A stretch of DNA of 64,000 nucleotides from Podarcis tiliguerta. Its lineage: Eukaryota. Each line of letters begins with the position of its first letter. Position 1 is the first letter of the stretch. The stretch is from the NCBI GenBank assembly GCA_965153285.1, contig OZ229120.1; one strand, written 5' to 3'. Both the position numbers and the translations under genes were made by a program. Under the pieces are notes generated by a model. That model worked only from the letters and a program-made list of their open reading frames with translations, was not told the origin of the DNA and made no database searches. Positions 49,392 through 61,425 of the stretch are shown in pieces.

Positions 49392-50614
49392 TACATGCTT
49401 TACAAAAGTTGTATCCTAGTACATACAGGCGGCAACCATTTTAGGGGCATCCTTTTGGACCCAGAAGAGGGAAGAACAGGGATGGAGAAGGCTTATGCAC
49501 GCTCCACCAACATGTGGGAGGATGTGCAGGGGCTGGGAATGGAACCCCCATGCAAAATGGTCATTGCCTGTAAATGATTTAAACTGCCGGATATAGTCCA
49601 AGTAAGTGGTTCCCAAACTGTGATCTATGGACCACTGGCTTCATTCAGGTAGTCCACAGCATGTGTTTGGATTTGTGGTTTAAGATGGAAGCAGGGAGGC
49701 TGGAGTGAATTTATGAAGTTGAGTGCTAAGCAAATGAGAAATTAAAAGCAGACATGAGTCGAGCTTCCAGAGGCAAACTATGGTATGGCTTCTTAACTAT
49801 GATCAGCCCAATCTTTTCACGTCCCCTCCTCCTACCATTACACCTTGTTTCTTCTCAAAAAGTCACTCCTAAAGGGCCTCTTTCTGTTCCAGTTACACTA
49901 TGTTAATACTTCTAAAGTAGTCTGGTTAACTCCCTTCCTATACAGGCAAGCATTAGAAGGTCGCTTATGGTCCTTTCTATTTAGCATGAGCATAAACATC
50001 TAACACTTTTAAAAATGATTTTGAGATGGCACTACATAATTCCCACTGGGAACTGGGAGTAATGGGCATATATTCTCTGTGACTACAGGAATACAATGTG
50101 CAATATGCAGGCTCCAGTGGAAGACCTTTTATCTACTATACTGATTGGCCTTTAGCTTCTGCTCCAGGCACACCTATTAAAGTCCCTATCACATATGGTA
50201 TAAACAACAAGATATATTACATTGGTGCGGCATGTCAATACTATGGACTTGCATGGGTAAAACTACCTTAATGTACATGGCCAAAATACCCAGCACACAA
50301 ACCTCCAGTTAAGTAAGATTAATATATACCATTAGACAAATAATGTATTCTCAATGGCCTTGGTTGTTTCCAGACAAGTTGCTTTCTCACCTATTTTTAC
50401 TGTAGCACTTTAGACCAGTGTGGCAACTGTACTCTGCTTCTTAGCTTTGGTAAAGACTCACACATATGAGTAATTTCAAAGATTCATTTTTAAAACCATA
50501 TGAAGTGAGCTACTGTCCTGAGCGCGTGGGCTCCTGGATTGAAGCTCACGGTTGCTTTGCTGTCCCTGATCCTTTCTGCAGTTGTGCTGAGCTAATCCAA
50601 TGTTTGGCTTAGAG

Positions 50615-51010
50615 GTTTTCAACCTTTACGTGTCCACGGCTTCCTTGACCAAACACATTGTTTCTGCGGCTCCCCTGTGGGAGCCACTTACAATGGGTTT
50701 CATTACATGACACCTTTAAGTGGGAATTCCCTCGTTCCACCCCTGACCTGTTCTGCCCTGGTCCCATTCCACCGGATGGGCTCAAGGAAGGATGGTCACT
50801 GGGGTAGAGAGAGAAGTATACAGGAAGATAATGGGCTGCAAGTTAAAGCTGCCAGCTCCCCTGAATGTTCCTCGGAGAGAAAGAAGAGAGATAATGCAAG
50901 AAGATATGGGCTGCAAGTTAATGAAAGGATGCCCCCCCCCCTGGGCTCTCATGAATGAAAGTTCCTCAAGTCTTCCCAGGGTGCCACAGTGCACCGGTTG
51001 ACAACTAATG
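50615..51010. mobile_element. hAT-like non-autonomous element nested in an older palindromic repeat
   Basis: gttttcaacc...ggttgacaac ends, 8-bp direct repeat GCTTAGAG on both sides; internal imperfect tandem duplication (atgggctgcaagttaa twice). Confidence 0.6.
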
Positions 51011-52017
51011 GCTTAGAGTGCTGTCCAACCCAGGCTCATGGCTTACCACTTCCAGATTAATGAAAACAAATCTTGGTTACAGTTCATGGTTAGTCTGGAC
51101 AATTAAATCATGAGCCTGGGTTTAGATGACACACTGAATCAAACCATGGACTTAGTGGTAGCCAACGTTTGCTAAGCATGATGTGAAATTAACACTATGA
51201 TAATTTTTTGTTTTTATAGTGAGAACCTTACCAAATTTGCTTGAACCATCTGTTAATTTGAACATCCTACACGACAGATAGGTTATTTTCTTAACGGAGA
51301 GATTTTACTACCATGTCCTTCCCATTCCCGTGCAGTCTGGTTTTGAAACAGTATGTGGTATTATTCTAAACAGTCAGAAAAATGGGAGCTATTTGTTAAA
51401 TTGTCCCTAAATTCTTACAGCAGGAAATATTCCAGAAATTTTGACAGAGAAGCATCTGGTAGAGGACACCGAGTGGCTTTTTAAGAGGCTCGTATCTGAA
51501 GAAGCTAGTATAAGGGGAGGCTTTGGATTTAGAGATGGGAAGGACTATTAGGAAGAGGAACCACCTCCTCCATTTTTGTCTACCTGCCATGAGCCCTCCA
51601 GGACTTTGGATCTGGTCGTTCTCTATTTCATTGTCCAGGAAACTGAGTATAAAGTCATTTTAGTTGATTCAAGATATGAATAAACACCTACACAGACACT
51701 GCGTTGCATAAGAGCTAACATAGGCAATCAGAAAAATACTAAGTTAGATTTGTTTTAATATAGCAGGTATCAAGATAAAGAAGTTCAAAAATATATTTGG
51801 AAAGAAGAACAAGTTTCTGTGTTATTAGTTTAGAAGATTATAACATTTGTCCAGAATTTGTAAGCAGTTAAAATGCAAAATATAAGGTTTTCCCATGTCA
51901 AAAGTTAGAATGGTGATTAACAAAAGCTATTCTGATTATACTGCTACCATTTTAAAACCACAGGCTTTTAAAAATCCTCTGCAATATATTCTTCCTTAAT
52001 TTCATCATGAAGCTACA

Positions 52018-52500
52018 TTGGGGTGGGAAACCTTTTCTGCCAATGGACCAGGCCTTTAACTCCCCAACCCCTGGCAGGCCAAACTAGTAAGGTGAGCAGC
52101 TCCTCCTACCTGCCAATCACTGGATTACACTATGACATCAGGTGACAGTGTGCTCTGAAGTCCCAATTGTTGAGACTTTAAATTGCAGCAGAGGGCTGTT
52201 TGAAAGTCCTTTTGCAAACAGCCCCATGCTGTTCTTTGAAAACAAGAGGTGCAGGGTTGTTTGCAAAATGAAAATCACTTCCCTCTCCTAGAAGAAGGCA
52301 CATCCTCACTGCCCATCGGCTGATTGATGGTGGAGGTGTTCCTTGCTCCAGTCAAGGAACAATCAGCAGCTCACTTTAAGCACTGAAGCAATGCCAATAC
52401 CCATCCCACACCTGATATTGCATGGGTGGGCATGGTTTGGGCAAAAGGGGCTCACAAGCAAATATGGAACCCCTGGTGGGCCAAAGGCTCCCCACCCCTG
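52018..52500. mobile_element. Degenerate hAT-like non-autonomous element
   Basis: ggggtgggaaacctt ... aaaggctccccacccctg inverted termini. Confidence 0.55.
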
Positions 52501-52630
52501 ATCTGTATTTAAAAATGGAATGAAGTATTATTGAATGGTCTGCAAGTCCATTATAGATCAAGATACAAGTTCACCTTAAAACAGAAAATGAGTGAGAAAA
52601 ATAAGTCAGTAAATGAAAAATATAACTTAC

Positions 52631-52737
52631 ATCAATGGCTGAAGAACTTGATAAACTTAAACCTTCTAAGTCAGCTGATAAAGTAGGAGTAAGAATAGTT
52701 GGCTTGTGGAGTGATGTGGTAGTTGATACAGGACTGA
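52631..52737 (-). CDS. AP3B1: AP3B1 coding exon (FSPVSTTTSLHKPTILTPTLSADLEGLSLSSSSAID)
   Basis: ttttctgcAG acceptor, GAT|GTAAGT donor; 107 bp (phase 1 to 0); resembles human FNPVSTP...ADLEGLHLS. Confidence 0.95.
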
Positions 52738-52897
52738 CTGCAGAAAATAAGCAGTTGAGAAGGATAGTTATATTTAAGTAAATTAAATTGGTAAGAGTAT
52801 GCTTTTCTGGCATCTTAAACTTGAACAATTCAGTAACTAGACACGTACTTTATCCTACGCATTTTAATAAAAATGTTTAATTTTTAAAAATTATGGC

Positions 52898-53100
52898 AGA
52901 GCTTTCCGAACTTTTCATGTTGGTGACACACCTGTTAGATATGTTTCATTTCATGGCACAGTAATTCAGTTTTGCTAGCAAACCTGAGGTTAAACTAGCC
53001 CCTTTCCAGCCCCAGGAGGAGAGCAGGGTGTGTTCACACAATAAACCTACACATGGCAGCCAACACACTAACGTGTCACAACACAGTTTGGAAAACTCTG
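52898..53100. mobile_element. hAT-like MITE
   Basis: CAGAGCTTTCCGAACT...AGTTTGGAAAACTCTG TIRs with near 8-bp TSD aattatgg/atttatgg. Confidence 0.8.
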
Positions 53101-53551
53101 ATTTATGGGATTGTACATCAACATATGTCTTAAGTTAATGTGTATGGGAAGGTGCGTAAACACCTCCCCAACCACCACACACCATGTTCCAAACTAAAGG
53201 TAAACTATGTGGAAATTAATGTTAGTAGATTACTTGCTTATTCTTAGAATGATAGATTCTATGCTTTGTTGTTATATAAAGATGAAAGCTTCTATTTTAA
53301 AATGAACCTTGTTTATTCTGAGAATTCAGACATAAAAGTAAAAGTCTCTAAATTTTCTAAACACATAGGAGGTGGAGTAAGAGCTAACAGCACATAATAG
53401 GGATAGCAGAAGTTGATATCCCTGTCCCTTGATCCCCACGGCAGCCACCTCAGTGGGAATGCCACTCCTGGAAGAAGCCCCTTCCTCCTTTGCCCAGAGC
53501 CTCCCAATTAAGCAAGGTCCCCCAATCCTTGGTGGAACATAGTGGGGCTGG

Positions 53552-53586
<35 letters not shown>

Positions 53587-53601
53587 TGTGTGTATGTGTG
53601 T
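53552..53601. repeat. (GT)n microsatellite
   Basis: Read directly, two interruptions. Confidence 0.97.
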
Positions 53602-54455
53602 CACAATTTGCTAGCTCTATTTAGCGTGCTAATCTCTGTATCCAGCCTATGGAAAAACAAAACCACACTCATCTCTAGCTTTTATGCTTTCCAAATTTCT
53701 GTGCTTGAGGCTGTTAAATATTTTTGTATTACTGACACATAGAGATTTACAACCTTTGAAAATACAATCTTTCTGAATGAGACCTCAGTATGATTTCCAG
53801 ATACCATGCGTCTCACTGCTACCTTGCTATGGAAAGCTATTCATTTATAAAAAGGTACTTATTTAAAAATAAAATAGTGTAACAGTATTACAATGCGCTA
53901 AGAAATGCATTTGATATAGGCTGAAAACATATAAGCCTTAAATCTTAAGAGACAAGAGAAGAGAGACCCCCCACATTTAAAGCTAAATTGTTCAGAAAGA
54001 ATCTGTTTAAAGAGCATGCATTGTTCAAGTAGGCTATCCAGGTTTTTTTTTAAAGTGTGTTATGCTCTTATACAATGACAAATGCATAGAGTACACATAA
54101 ATATTCCATTATATCTTTATATGAGACAGACAGTATTATTTCAGGCCTTTTGAAATTTAAATACAATGACTTGGATCCTAACTAGCCCCCTGCAAAATGA
54201 TGGATTGCTTCTGTAAGTGGAAATAACTGCTTTCCCCGATCCTTCAGCAACAGTTTGGAAAGGCGAAGAGGTTGCAGGGAAAAGGAGTGTGTGTAAAAAA
54301 ATGCCTTTCTTCTGCCGGTGGGAGCATCCCATGAGCAGAACTCTGCTCATGGGGCACTCCCACAAGGGAAGCTTTAGTTAGGATCTAAGTCAAATGCTTT
54401 AACTTTCATGGACATAAAAATATCATTTGAAAGGGCAAACATCTGGAGTACTTAC

Positions 54456-54528
54456 AGTCGTCCAAATCCAAGAGTGGCACATCTTGCTTAGTAGGCGCTC
54501 TCTTCTCTTGTGAAGCTTTCTCTTCTTT
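54456..54528 (-). CDS. AP3B1: AP3B1 coding exon with clathrin box (KEEKASQEKRAPTKQDVPLLDLDD)
   Basis: ttttggcAG acceptor, T|GTAAGT donor; 73 bp (phase 0 to 1); LLDLD clathrin-box motif as in human beta3A (DVSLLDLDD). Not in the ORF track in this frame. Confidence 0.95.
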
Positions 54529-56609
54529 CTGCCAAAAGTATATGAATGTTTAATCCTTTTTTTGAAAAAATGTGTAAGAACACTGCAGAGACCTATCCAG
54601 GAAAGAATGTAATTGGGCTCAACCTTTTTAATATTCGCTGCATAGGAATTCAGATAAAAGAATCTTGCATGCCTTTTCAACACAATTTCTTTGATGTTAT
54701 CTCCCAGTGTTCTTGCAACACCAATACAGCTCTGCTTCAACGGCGGGTCAATGTCCTGCTCTAAGCAATTAGCTGTGCTATTACTCTATTTTTCTTTTAG
54801 TTTAAAAAAAAAAAATTGTGGTGGCTTTGATCTAACTTTTCACATTATCAATTAGCAGTCTTTTATTTCCTGTAATCCTATGGTCCTCGAGTGTGCAGTA
54901 ACGTCAAACTTTTCTCAACAACCACAACTGGTCTCACTACTTCTTTTCTCTTTGGACATGTGACCTAATCAGCTGAGAGCTGCTGCCATACAAGACTAGG
55001 CATAAAACCCAGAGATCTTTAGTTCTCAAGAGGATTGAGATTTCATTAGATTCAGATCATCAAAGCATTTTCAGAGTAGCAAGAGACCTGATAAATTCAT
55101 CTCTTTGGGAGAATAAAATTAACAGAGTTTATATATTATTGCATCTTTAATTGAAACTCAAATAAATAATTATACAAGCAGGTGTAAGAAGGGAGAAGGA
55201 CAAAGAAAGAACCATGCCTATATACCACAGCCTGGGAATAAAGTTCTTTGTCAAAATTTACTATGAATTTTGGCATAATTTTCCAGAGAACTGTATCAGC
55301 CATTTGAGTCCACAAACATGTTGATTAGCAGGACACTTTTCTCATTGAGTGGCGGAAGAAACACTCATATCTAGAGCACGCATGCGAAGCATGGTGAAAG
55401 AATCCCACTGCATATGATTCGGAGCATGAGCTTAATTTAACAGGATTCAACAAATGCCATCAACAGCTCACCTCTGGAAACCATGAATATCTTCCTGGAG
55501 ACTATCTGCACAAACTCAACATGACATAAGAATACTCTTTGTCCAACTACCCTACACACTGCAAAGAACTTTGGGTGGGTAGGTGGGTGGATGTAGAATC
55601 CTGGTGGAATATAAGAGACAAAGTCTCCAAATGGATGCAATTATTTGTCTCGCTGCTGTCTTAAGAAAGAAGATCAACTCTTTTATGCTTTACATTTGGA
55701 TTGATATCGTTTTCCATTGACAGCTGGGCTAACATGGGATCGGGTACAAGATGTTGTTCCATAATGGCAGAAGACAGTGAAAAAAATTCAAGTCCAAAAA
55801 ATTTTTAGGCAACAGGCACTCCTATCACATGTGGAGGAACATGCCTTTAAGCTTACATCCTGTCCAACATAAGGGTGAGAGAAAATGGCTATCTCTGGAA
55901 GGGTGTAGGGGTGTCCAGTGCTATCTCATAATGACATTTAAAAAGGTTTCTTGCAGTTTAGTTGAAATGGTATGCAGTGGGGGTTTAGACCATAGGACTC
56001 CCACCACAAGAACTTGGACGCAGTATGTGTGGAATACAGCACTTATGAACACTTAATTCACCACTGGAAGGCGATAACAGGAATAACAAAGAAAGATGGC
56101 TTGACTCCATAAGGTCTTGATTTATAGTGTTTATTAACAATAGTACAGTAATCTTCCTTCTGTCTCAGTCACAGAAGACACTATGGAGAAATTACTTAGC
56201 AATTTAGATTGAAGTATATCCTGTGGATGCGAGCTGAATTTGTAATATAAAAGATTTTCCAAGTTTGTTTTGATTCTATGTGGATGACTGCATATAAGAC
56301 TTAACATCTGTACACGTATTTCTCTTGGAAGACAACAGTTTTGCTTGGTAATTGTTTTTAAACTTTTCAATAAAGTTTGTAAAAAGAGAGATAGACAGAC
56401 AAACTCTGCTTTTCCTCTATCTATATGTGCAAGAAGCCAGGTTTGGGGGGAAGGCAGCACAAATAATGGCTGGATACTGCAACCAGACCCAAGTTCTAGA
56501 CCTCTATTCCCCAAATGAAAATTAGTCAGTCTCAGGCAAAAGTTCACATTATTCAATATATAGGCTCAGATTTAGTTGTGATTAAGTCCCACAAAAAATA
56601 CCTTCACAG

Positions 56610-56787
56610 TTGGAGGCAGTAATGCTTCCAAATGCCAGTTGCTGGAAACTACAGGAGGGGAGAATGCTCTTGATTTCATGTTCTGCTCCCTGATTTCCCA
56701 CAGCATCTGATTGGCTAATGTGACAATAGGATGCGGGACTATAGATAAGCCTTTGACCTAATCCAGCAGGCTATTCTTATGTTCATG
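56610..56787 (+). mobile_element. CR1-like/SINE 3' tail fragment
   Basis: tgccagttgctgg...gacctaatccagcaggctattcttatgttc terminus. Confidence 0.55.
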
Positions 56788-56875
56788 TGATTTCATTACA
56801 GCTACTCAGTTGTTCAAACTGGTTTCAGTTTCATTTTAGCTGGAATATGTCAATATTCCAGCTAAATATCTCAGT

Positions 56876-56971
56876 ACCTCAGTATCTCGCTGGCTTGGTC
56901 GCCCCCAAACTCACGGCGCAGAGCCGCCCGCAGCAGAAGAGCCTACTGCAGTGCTCCGACCAAAAGGCGGG
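56876..56971 (+). repeat. Isolated 96-bp copy of the MITE interior at 57670-57765
   Basis: 92/96 identity by direct comparison; no TIRs. Confidence 0.9.
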
Positions 56972-57089
56972 ATCAGTCAACACTGAAGTCATAGTTAATT
57001 ATGACTTCATTCAATCTGTATGGGTTGTACCTAATGTGAGCGGCTTGCACAACTCACCTTTTTCTTTCCCCTCTGCAACCCCTGATAAG

Positions 57090-57540
57090 CTTCTCCACAG
57101 CATCTTAATCCTTCCATCACCCTTCCAGTGGAGGACTGGAGCTGTAAGAACTTCACCAGGAAGTGATCAGACCATGACAATGGGGTGAGATCTACTCCCC
57201 CTATCTCCATACCATCTCTTCCTCCACCTTGAGCAACAATTAAATGGAGGGTATGCTGTGCCCTGTGTGTCAGATCAGTGACAACTTGGGAGATACCTCC
57301 ATGGTCATCATTAAGGCCATGAAGTCCTGAGGCAGAACACTAGAGGCAGCCTCAGCATAGATACTGAAATAATCCAGAACTATTGTTAAGGTTTCCTCTG
57401 ACACCACACCTAATATCACCTCTGCCAGCTTGGTGAGAGAAGCTGCTGGGCAGTAAGGTGGATGGTACAGAAGCAGTAACCACAATTTACTTCCTTCACA
57501 GTCAGTTCCAAGTTTCCTGGCACTGGATATGGAAGTGCGA
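57090..57540 (-). mobile_element. Degenerate L2 LINE endonuclease-domain fragment
   Basis: LLLLYHPPYCPAASLTKLAEVILGVV..TIVLDYFSIYAE..QDFMALMMTM is similar to APE motifs LLVYRPP..VLGDFNIH..QDFM. Confidence 0.75.
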
Positions 57541-57586
57541 TGGAACACAGCAACTCTCCCCTCATCCCTGCAGCCTATGATGATGC

Positions 57587-57853
57587 CAGGGCTATCTTAA
57601 GTATATGTGGCGTCAGGGTGCAAAGATCTGCCCATTCCCAGGCGCGCAGGAAGGTGGAGCCAGCCGGCCACCTCAGTGTCTCGTTGGCTTGGTCGCCCCC
57701 AAACTCACGGCGCAGAGCCGCCCGCAGCAGAAGAGCCCACTGCAGTGCTCCGACCAAAAAGCGGGCTCATCCCCGGACTCTCGGCCTGGCACCCCTGAGA
57801 GCCTGGCACCCGGGTGCCCCGCACCCCTAGTGCCTATGGGTAAGATGGCCCTG
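57587..57853. mobile_element. GC-rich hAT-like MITE
   Basis: CAGGGCTATCTTA...TAAGATGGCCCTG TIRs; 8-bp TSD gatgatgc/tatgatgc. Confidence 0.8.
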
Positions 57854-60162
57854 TATGATGCTATACCAAACATCTAGGTGAACACAGTGGGATCAGATCA
57901 GCTCCTCCCAGCAAATCTACCTGGTCTCTCTAATACAAAATGGCATACTCATCAAATCAGATATGTCACTGTTTTCCTTTCTACAAATGGCAACTGTGCT
58001 TACAATGTTCTGGACTTGCCCATGGTCACAATAAGTTTAAATGTAAGAAAATGAACATGACACACACTCACTCACATTTATGTTTAATATTTACCGATAG
58101 TTTAACTGAAACAGCTTTAAAAATTGATTTTTTTGTTCTTTACTTAAAATTACAATCCACACAAAAATAAACTTGCTTCCTCCTTAAAGAAAAGAATGCA
58201 ATCCAGAGCTGAATGCTAAACAAAGAAGTTAAGCCATATCCCATCAAACATTTCTCCATTTGCAATTCATCTTGATAATAGAGATAGAACCTGGGTAAAT
58301 GCATATACGACTTGAAGCAGGNNNNNNNNNNNNNNNNNNNNNNNNNNNNNNNNNNNNNNNNNNNNNNNNNNNNNNNNNNNNNNNNNNNNNNNNNNNNNNN
58401 NNNNNNNNNNNNNNNNNNNNNNNNNNNNNNNNNNNNNNNNNNNNNNNNNNNNNNNNNNNNNTGCCCTTCCAATATTTATACAAAACCATCATGGACAATC
58501 CAAATGCACTGACTGATCACCTACTGTTTCCATTGTGTTAGCAGTTGAAAAGAGATCAGGCAGAAAGATAGACAATTTGTTTTTATATATTTTTTAAATA
58601 GTAGATCAGGTTTTTAACAGCTGAGTGACTGTATTATGCTTGTATAAGAGGCCAACAGTAACTGATTTTAAAATCCCACTACATAGGCTCTTATTTACTC
58701 ACGCATCATACTAAAATCTGTATCTGATTTTTAACAGTATGTGATTATGTATCTGAATACCCCGCTATTTCTGAGCAGGATCACTAGCTGTGTTTTAGTT
58801 ATGCACAACAACACTTTGAAAGTTGTATTTCTAAGTGCATAATGCACTTGAGATACGGAACTATGCTCATTATTAGGAGACATTTTACCTTTGTTTTGTA
58901 AAAAAACAAACCAGAAGCCATGTATTAGACTAACATGTCTTCATCTTAACATTTTTATTATAGGTCCATCTTAACACTGTTTTTATATATCATAAAATGT
59001 TTCATAATTTTATGTCACTTCAAAGGACATTTGCATTCATTATTAAATACATCTTAAGTATATTTTATAATATATAAAGTATATAACTAAACAGAAGGGT
59101 CCTTTATGGAAAAAGAGATTCCTTTCAAATGGAGAAAATACAGAAATAGTCAAAATTTAAAGCACCAATGTAGTTTGGTGGCTTCAATGTACACAAATTC
59201 TCTCACAATCATTAAAATAAAAGTTAATTCTGATTTCCCTTAAGCGAGGACCTTTAGAGTTATATTTATACCAAAGAACTCCAGTCTATTTCACAAACAG
59301 AAGTTTACTAACTGACATAGCAGAGGGCCCCGTTTAAACGTTCCATATGCAATTAAGTATTTTAATATGGTAGATTCCCAAGTTACTAAGCTACTACAAT
59401 CCTTAAACTATTAATTGTCTTGACAGCTATTATGTCAACAGTAGTGTAATCCTATAGTTGTTTACTCACAAGTTCCACTGAGTTTAATGGGACCTGCTTC
59501 CAAAAGGGGATGCGTATAACGGTGGTGGGGAACTTGTGGCCTTCCAGATGTTACTGTATCCCAAGTTCCATCAGCCCCAGCAAGCACGGCCAACCACCAG
59601 GAATGATGTTGTATTTTGGGACAGAAATTTGGAAGCCCTCATTAATGATACATCTGGGAAGTCACAGGGAGACTAAGAGCCAGGTAGTTACCCTGGATAT
59701 TTCTGGATGTTGAAACCAATGACTGTTTGTTAGATTTAATGGAAGTTCAGAGCACCGCTATTCGTCTTCAGTTGATCTCAGAATGTAAAGCTGTGGGATC
59801 AACATTCTGACTCATGGAAATTTATTCTGAAGTGGCACAACATTGTATCTTGTTCCCAATACTGATTAAAACATAATTGTAGGGGGAAACAGGAAGCAAA
59901 AACAGAACAGAGACTGATAGTATATTTTATAACTAGAAAAAAACATTTATTTTTTTTAAAAAACACAGGACATGAAAGGGACTGACGTTCAAAAAATCAA
60001 AGAAAGGGAAAGTGAAGCAATTACTCCAGCAATGTTTCTAAACCGTGTTAATCTGGGTATATTTCATCTGCAAGGTTTAGAAAACAGGAATTATGCAGGT
60101 AAAGAAAGAACGTAATGATCCATCAAAGAGTGCAAGCCCAAACTGAAAACCTCCTTATTCCA

Positions 60163-60523
60163 ATTTTTCGCCCCATAAGGCGCACCGGCCCATAGGACGC
60201 ACCTAGTTTTTTGGGGGGGAATAAAGAAAAAAAAAATTATTCCCCCCTCCCCAGGCACGGGGCTGGGGCGGGAAGCTGTCCCCCGAGCTTGCGGGGCTGG
60301 CGACGGGGAGGAACAGGCTTCTCCCCACCGCCAGCCTCCAAACCAGGTCGGGGGACAGCGGGATGGCGGCGTTCCGCCTCCCCGCTGTCCCCCGAGCTTG
60401 TGGGGCTGGCGGTGGGGCTCTCCAGGCTTCAGCGAAAGCCTGCATTCGCCCCATAGGATGCACACACATTTCCCCTTCATTTTTGGAGGGGAAAAAGTGC
60501 GTCCTATAGGGCGAAAAATACGG
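60163..60523. mobile_element. Tc1/mariner (Tc2/pogo-like) non-autonomous element with GC-rich internal repeats
   Basis: atttttcgccccataagg..cataggacgcac left end (terminal bases lost) and gtgcgtcctatagggcgaaaaatacgg|TA right end; ctgtcccccgagcttg occurs twice. Confidence 0.85.
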
Positions 60524-60854
60524 TATACACTTTTTCTACCTACAAGGAAACCTCACTGATTTCAGTGGAACTTACTCTCTCGTGGGCTTGGAATGTAACT
60601 CAGTTACACTCTGCTCTAAAAATCTAAGAAGCTGCACCTTTATAAAATTAGCATTTCCTCAAAGTTATAGCATAACTGTATTGCGATTAGGCATTTAGCC
60701 AAAAAGGAAGACTGTTCATCATTATTATACGTTAGTATTTTATTTATTTAACATATTTTAAGTTGTTTAGAGCTTTCTAAGTCATTTCTCTGTAGCAGAT
60801 TAGCAGCCAGCGCAACTTTCTCAGGATCATATTACCCTCTGGAACTGTAGCACT

Positions 60855-61425
60855 CTGTAATCTGGCTGCCACATTTTGCATAGGCTGTGGCTTCCAGATC
60901 ATTCTCAAGGACAGCCCCACACAGAGCATATTACAGTAATCATATCAGGAAGTTAACCAGCATATGGCTCGCAGTGGGCAGAGTATCCCTGTCCAGGAAC
61001 AGCTGTAGATGCTAAACCAGGAAAAGCTGTTCTTTGCTGTTGCAGCAGTTTGTGCCGCCAGTGATAAGGCCATCTACCCAATTCCACAGCAGGCCTGTTA
61101 TTTCGAAGGAAGTGCAACTACATCCATAAGAGCTATCTACCCAATTCCTGAACATGGGAATCAGCAATCCACTGGATATTATGGTGTCCATACATTGGTT
61201 TACGGAGTGAACAGCCTGGACTGATTCATTTGATAAAGTGAAAGAACTGGGAGTCATCTGCCTGTTGATGACGCCTCACTCCAAATACCCCAATGACCTC
61301 TCCAGGTGGTTTCATATAGATGCTAAAGAGCATGGGAGACAAGATGAAACCCTGTGGGTCCCTACAGGGCCAGTGGAGAATTGTTGCCGATCAGGAATAG
61401 ACAATACCACATCTAAATGACCAAC
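60855..61425 (-). mobile_element. Degenerate L2 LINE RT fragment
   Basis: DYCNMLCVGLSLRMIWKPQPMQNVAARL is similar to L2 LDYCNALY.GLP...KLQLVQNAAARL. Confidence 0.75.

Larger units (their letters stand above)
26507..58461. other. Six further separate N-runs: 26507-26710 (204), 31683-31838 (156), 37728-37899 (172), 45465-45812 (348), 47075-47222 (148), 58322-58461 (140)
   Basis: Read directly; the span given only brackets the set. Confidence 0.98.
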
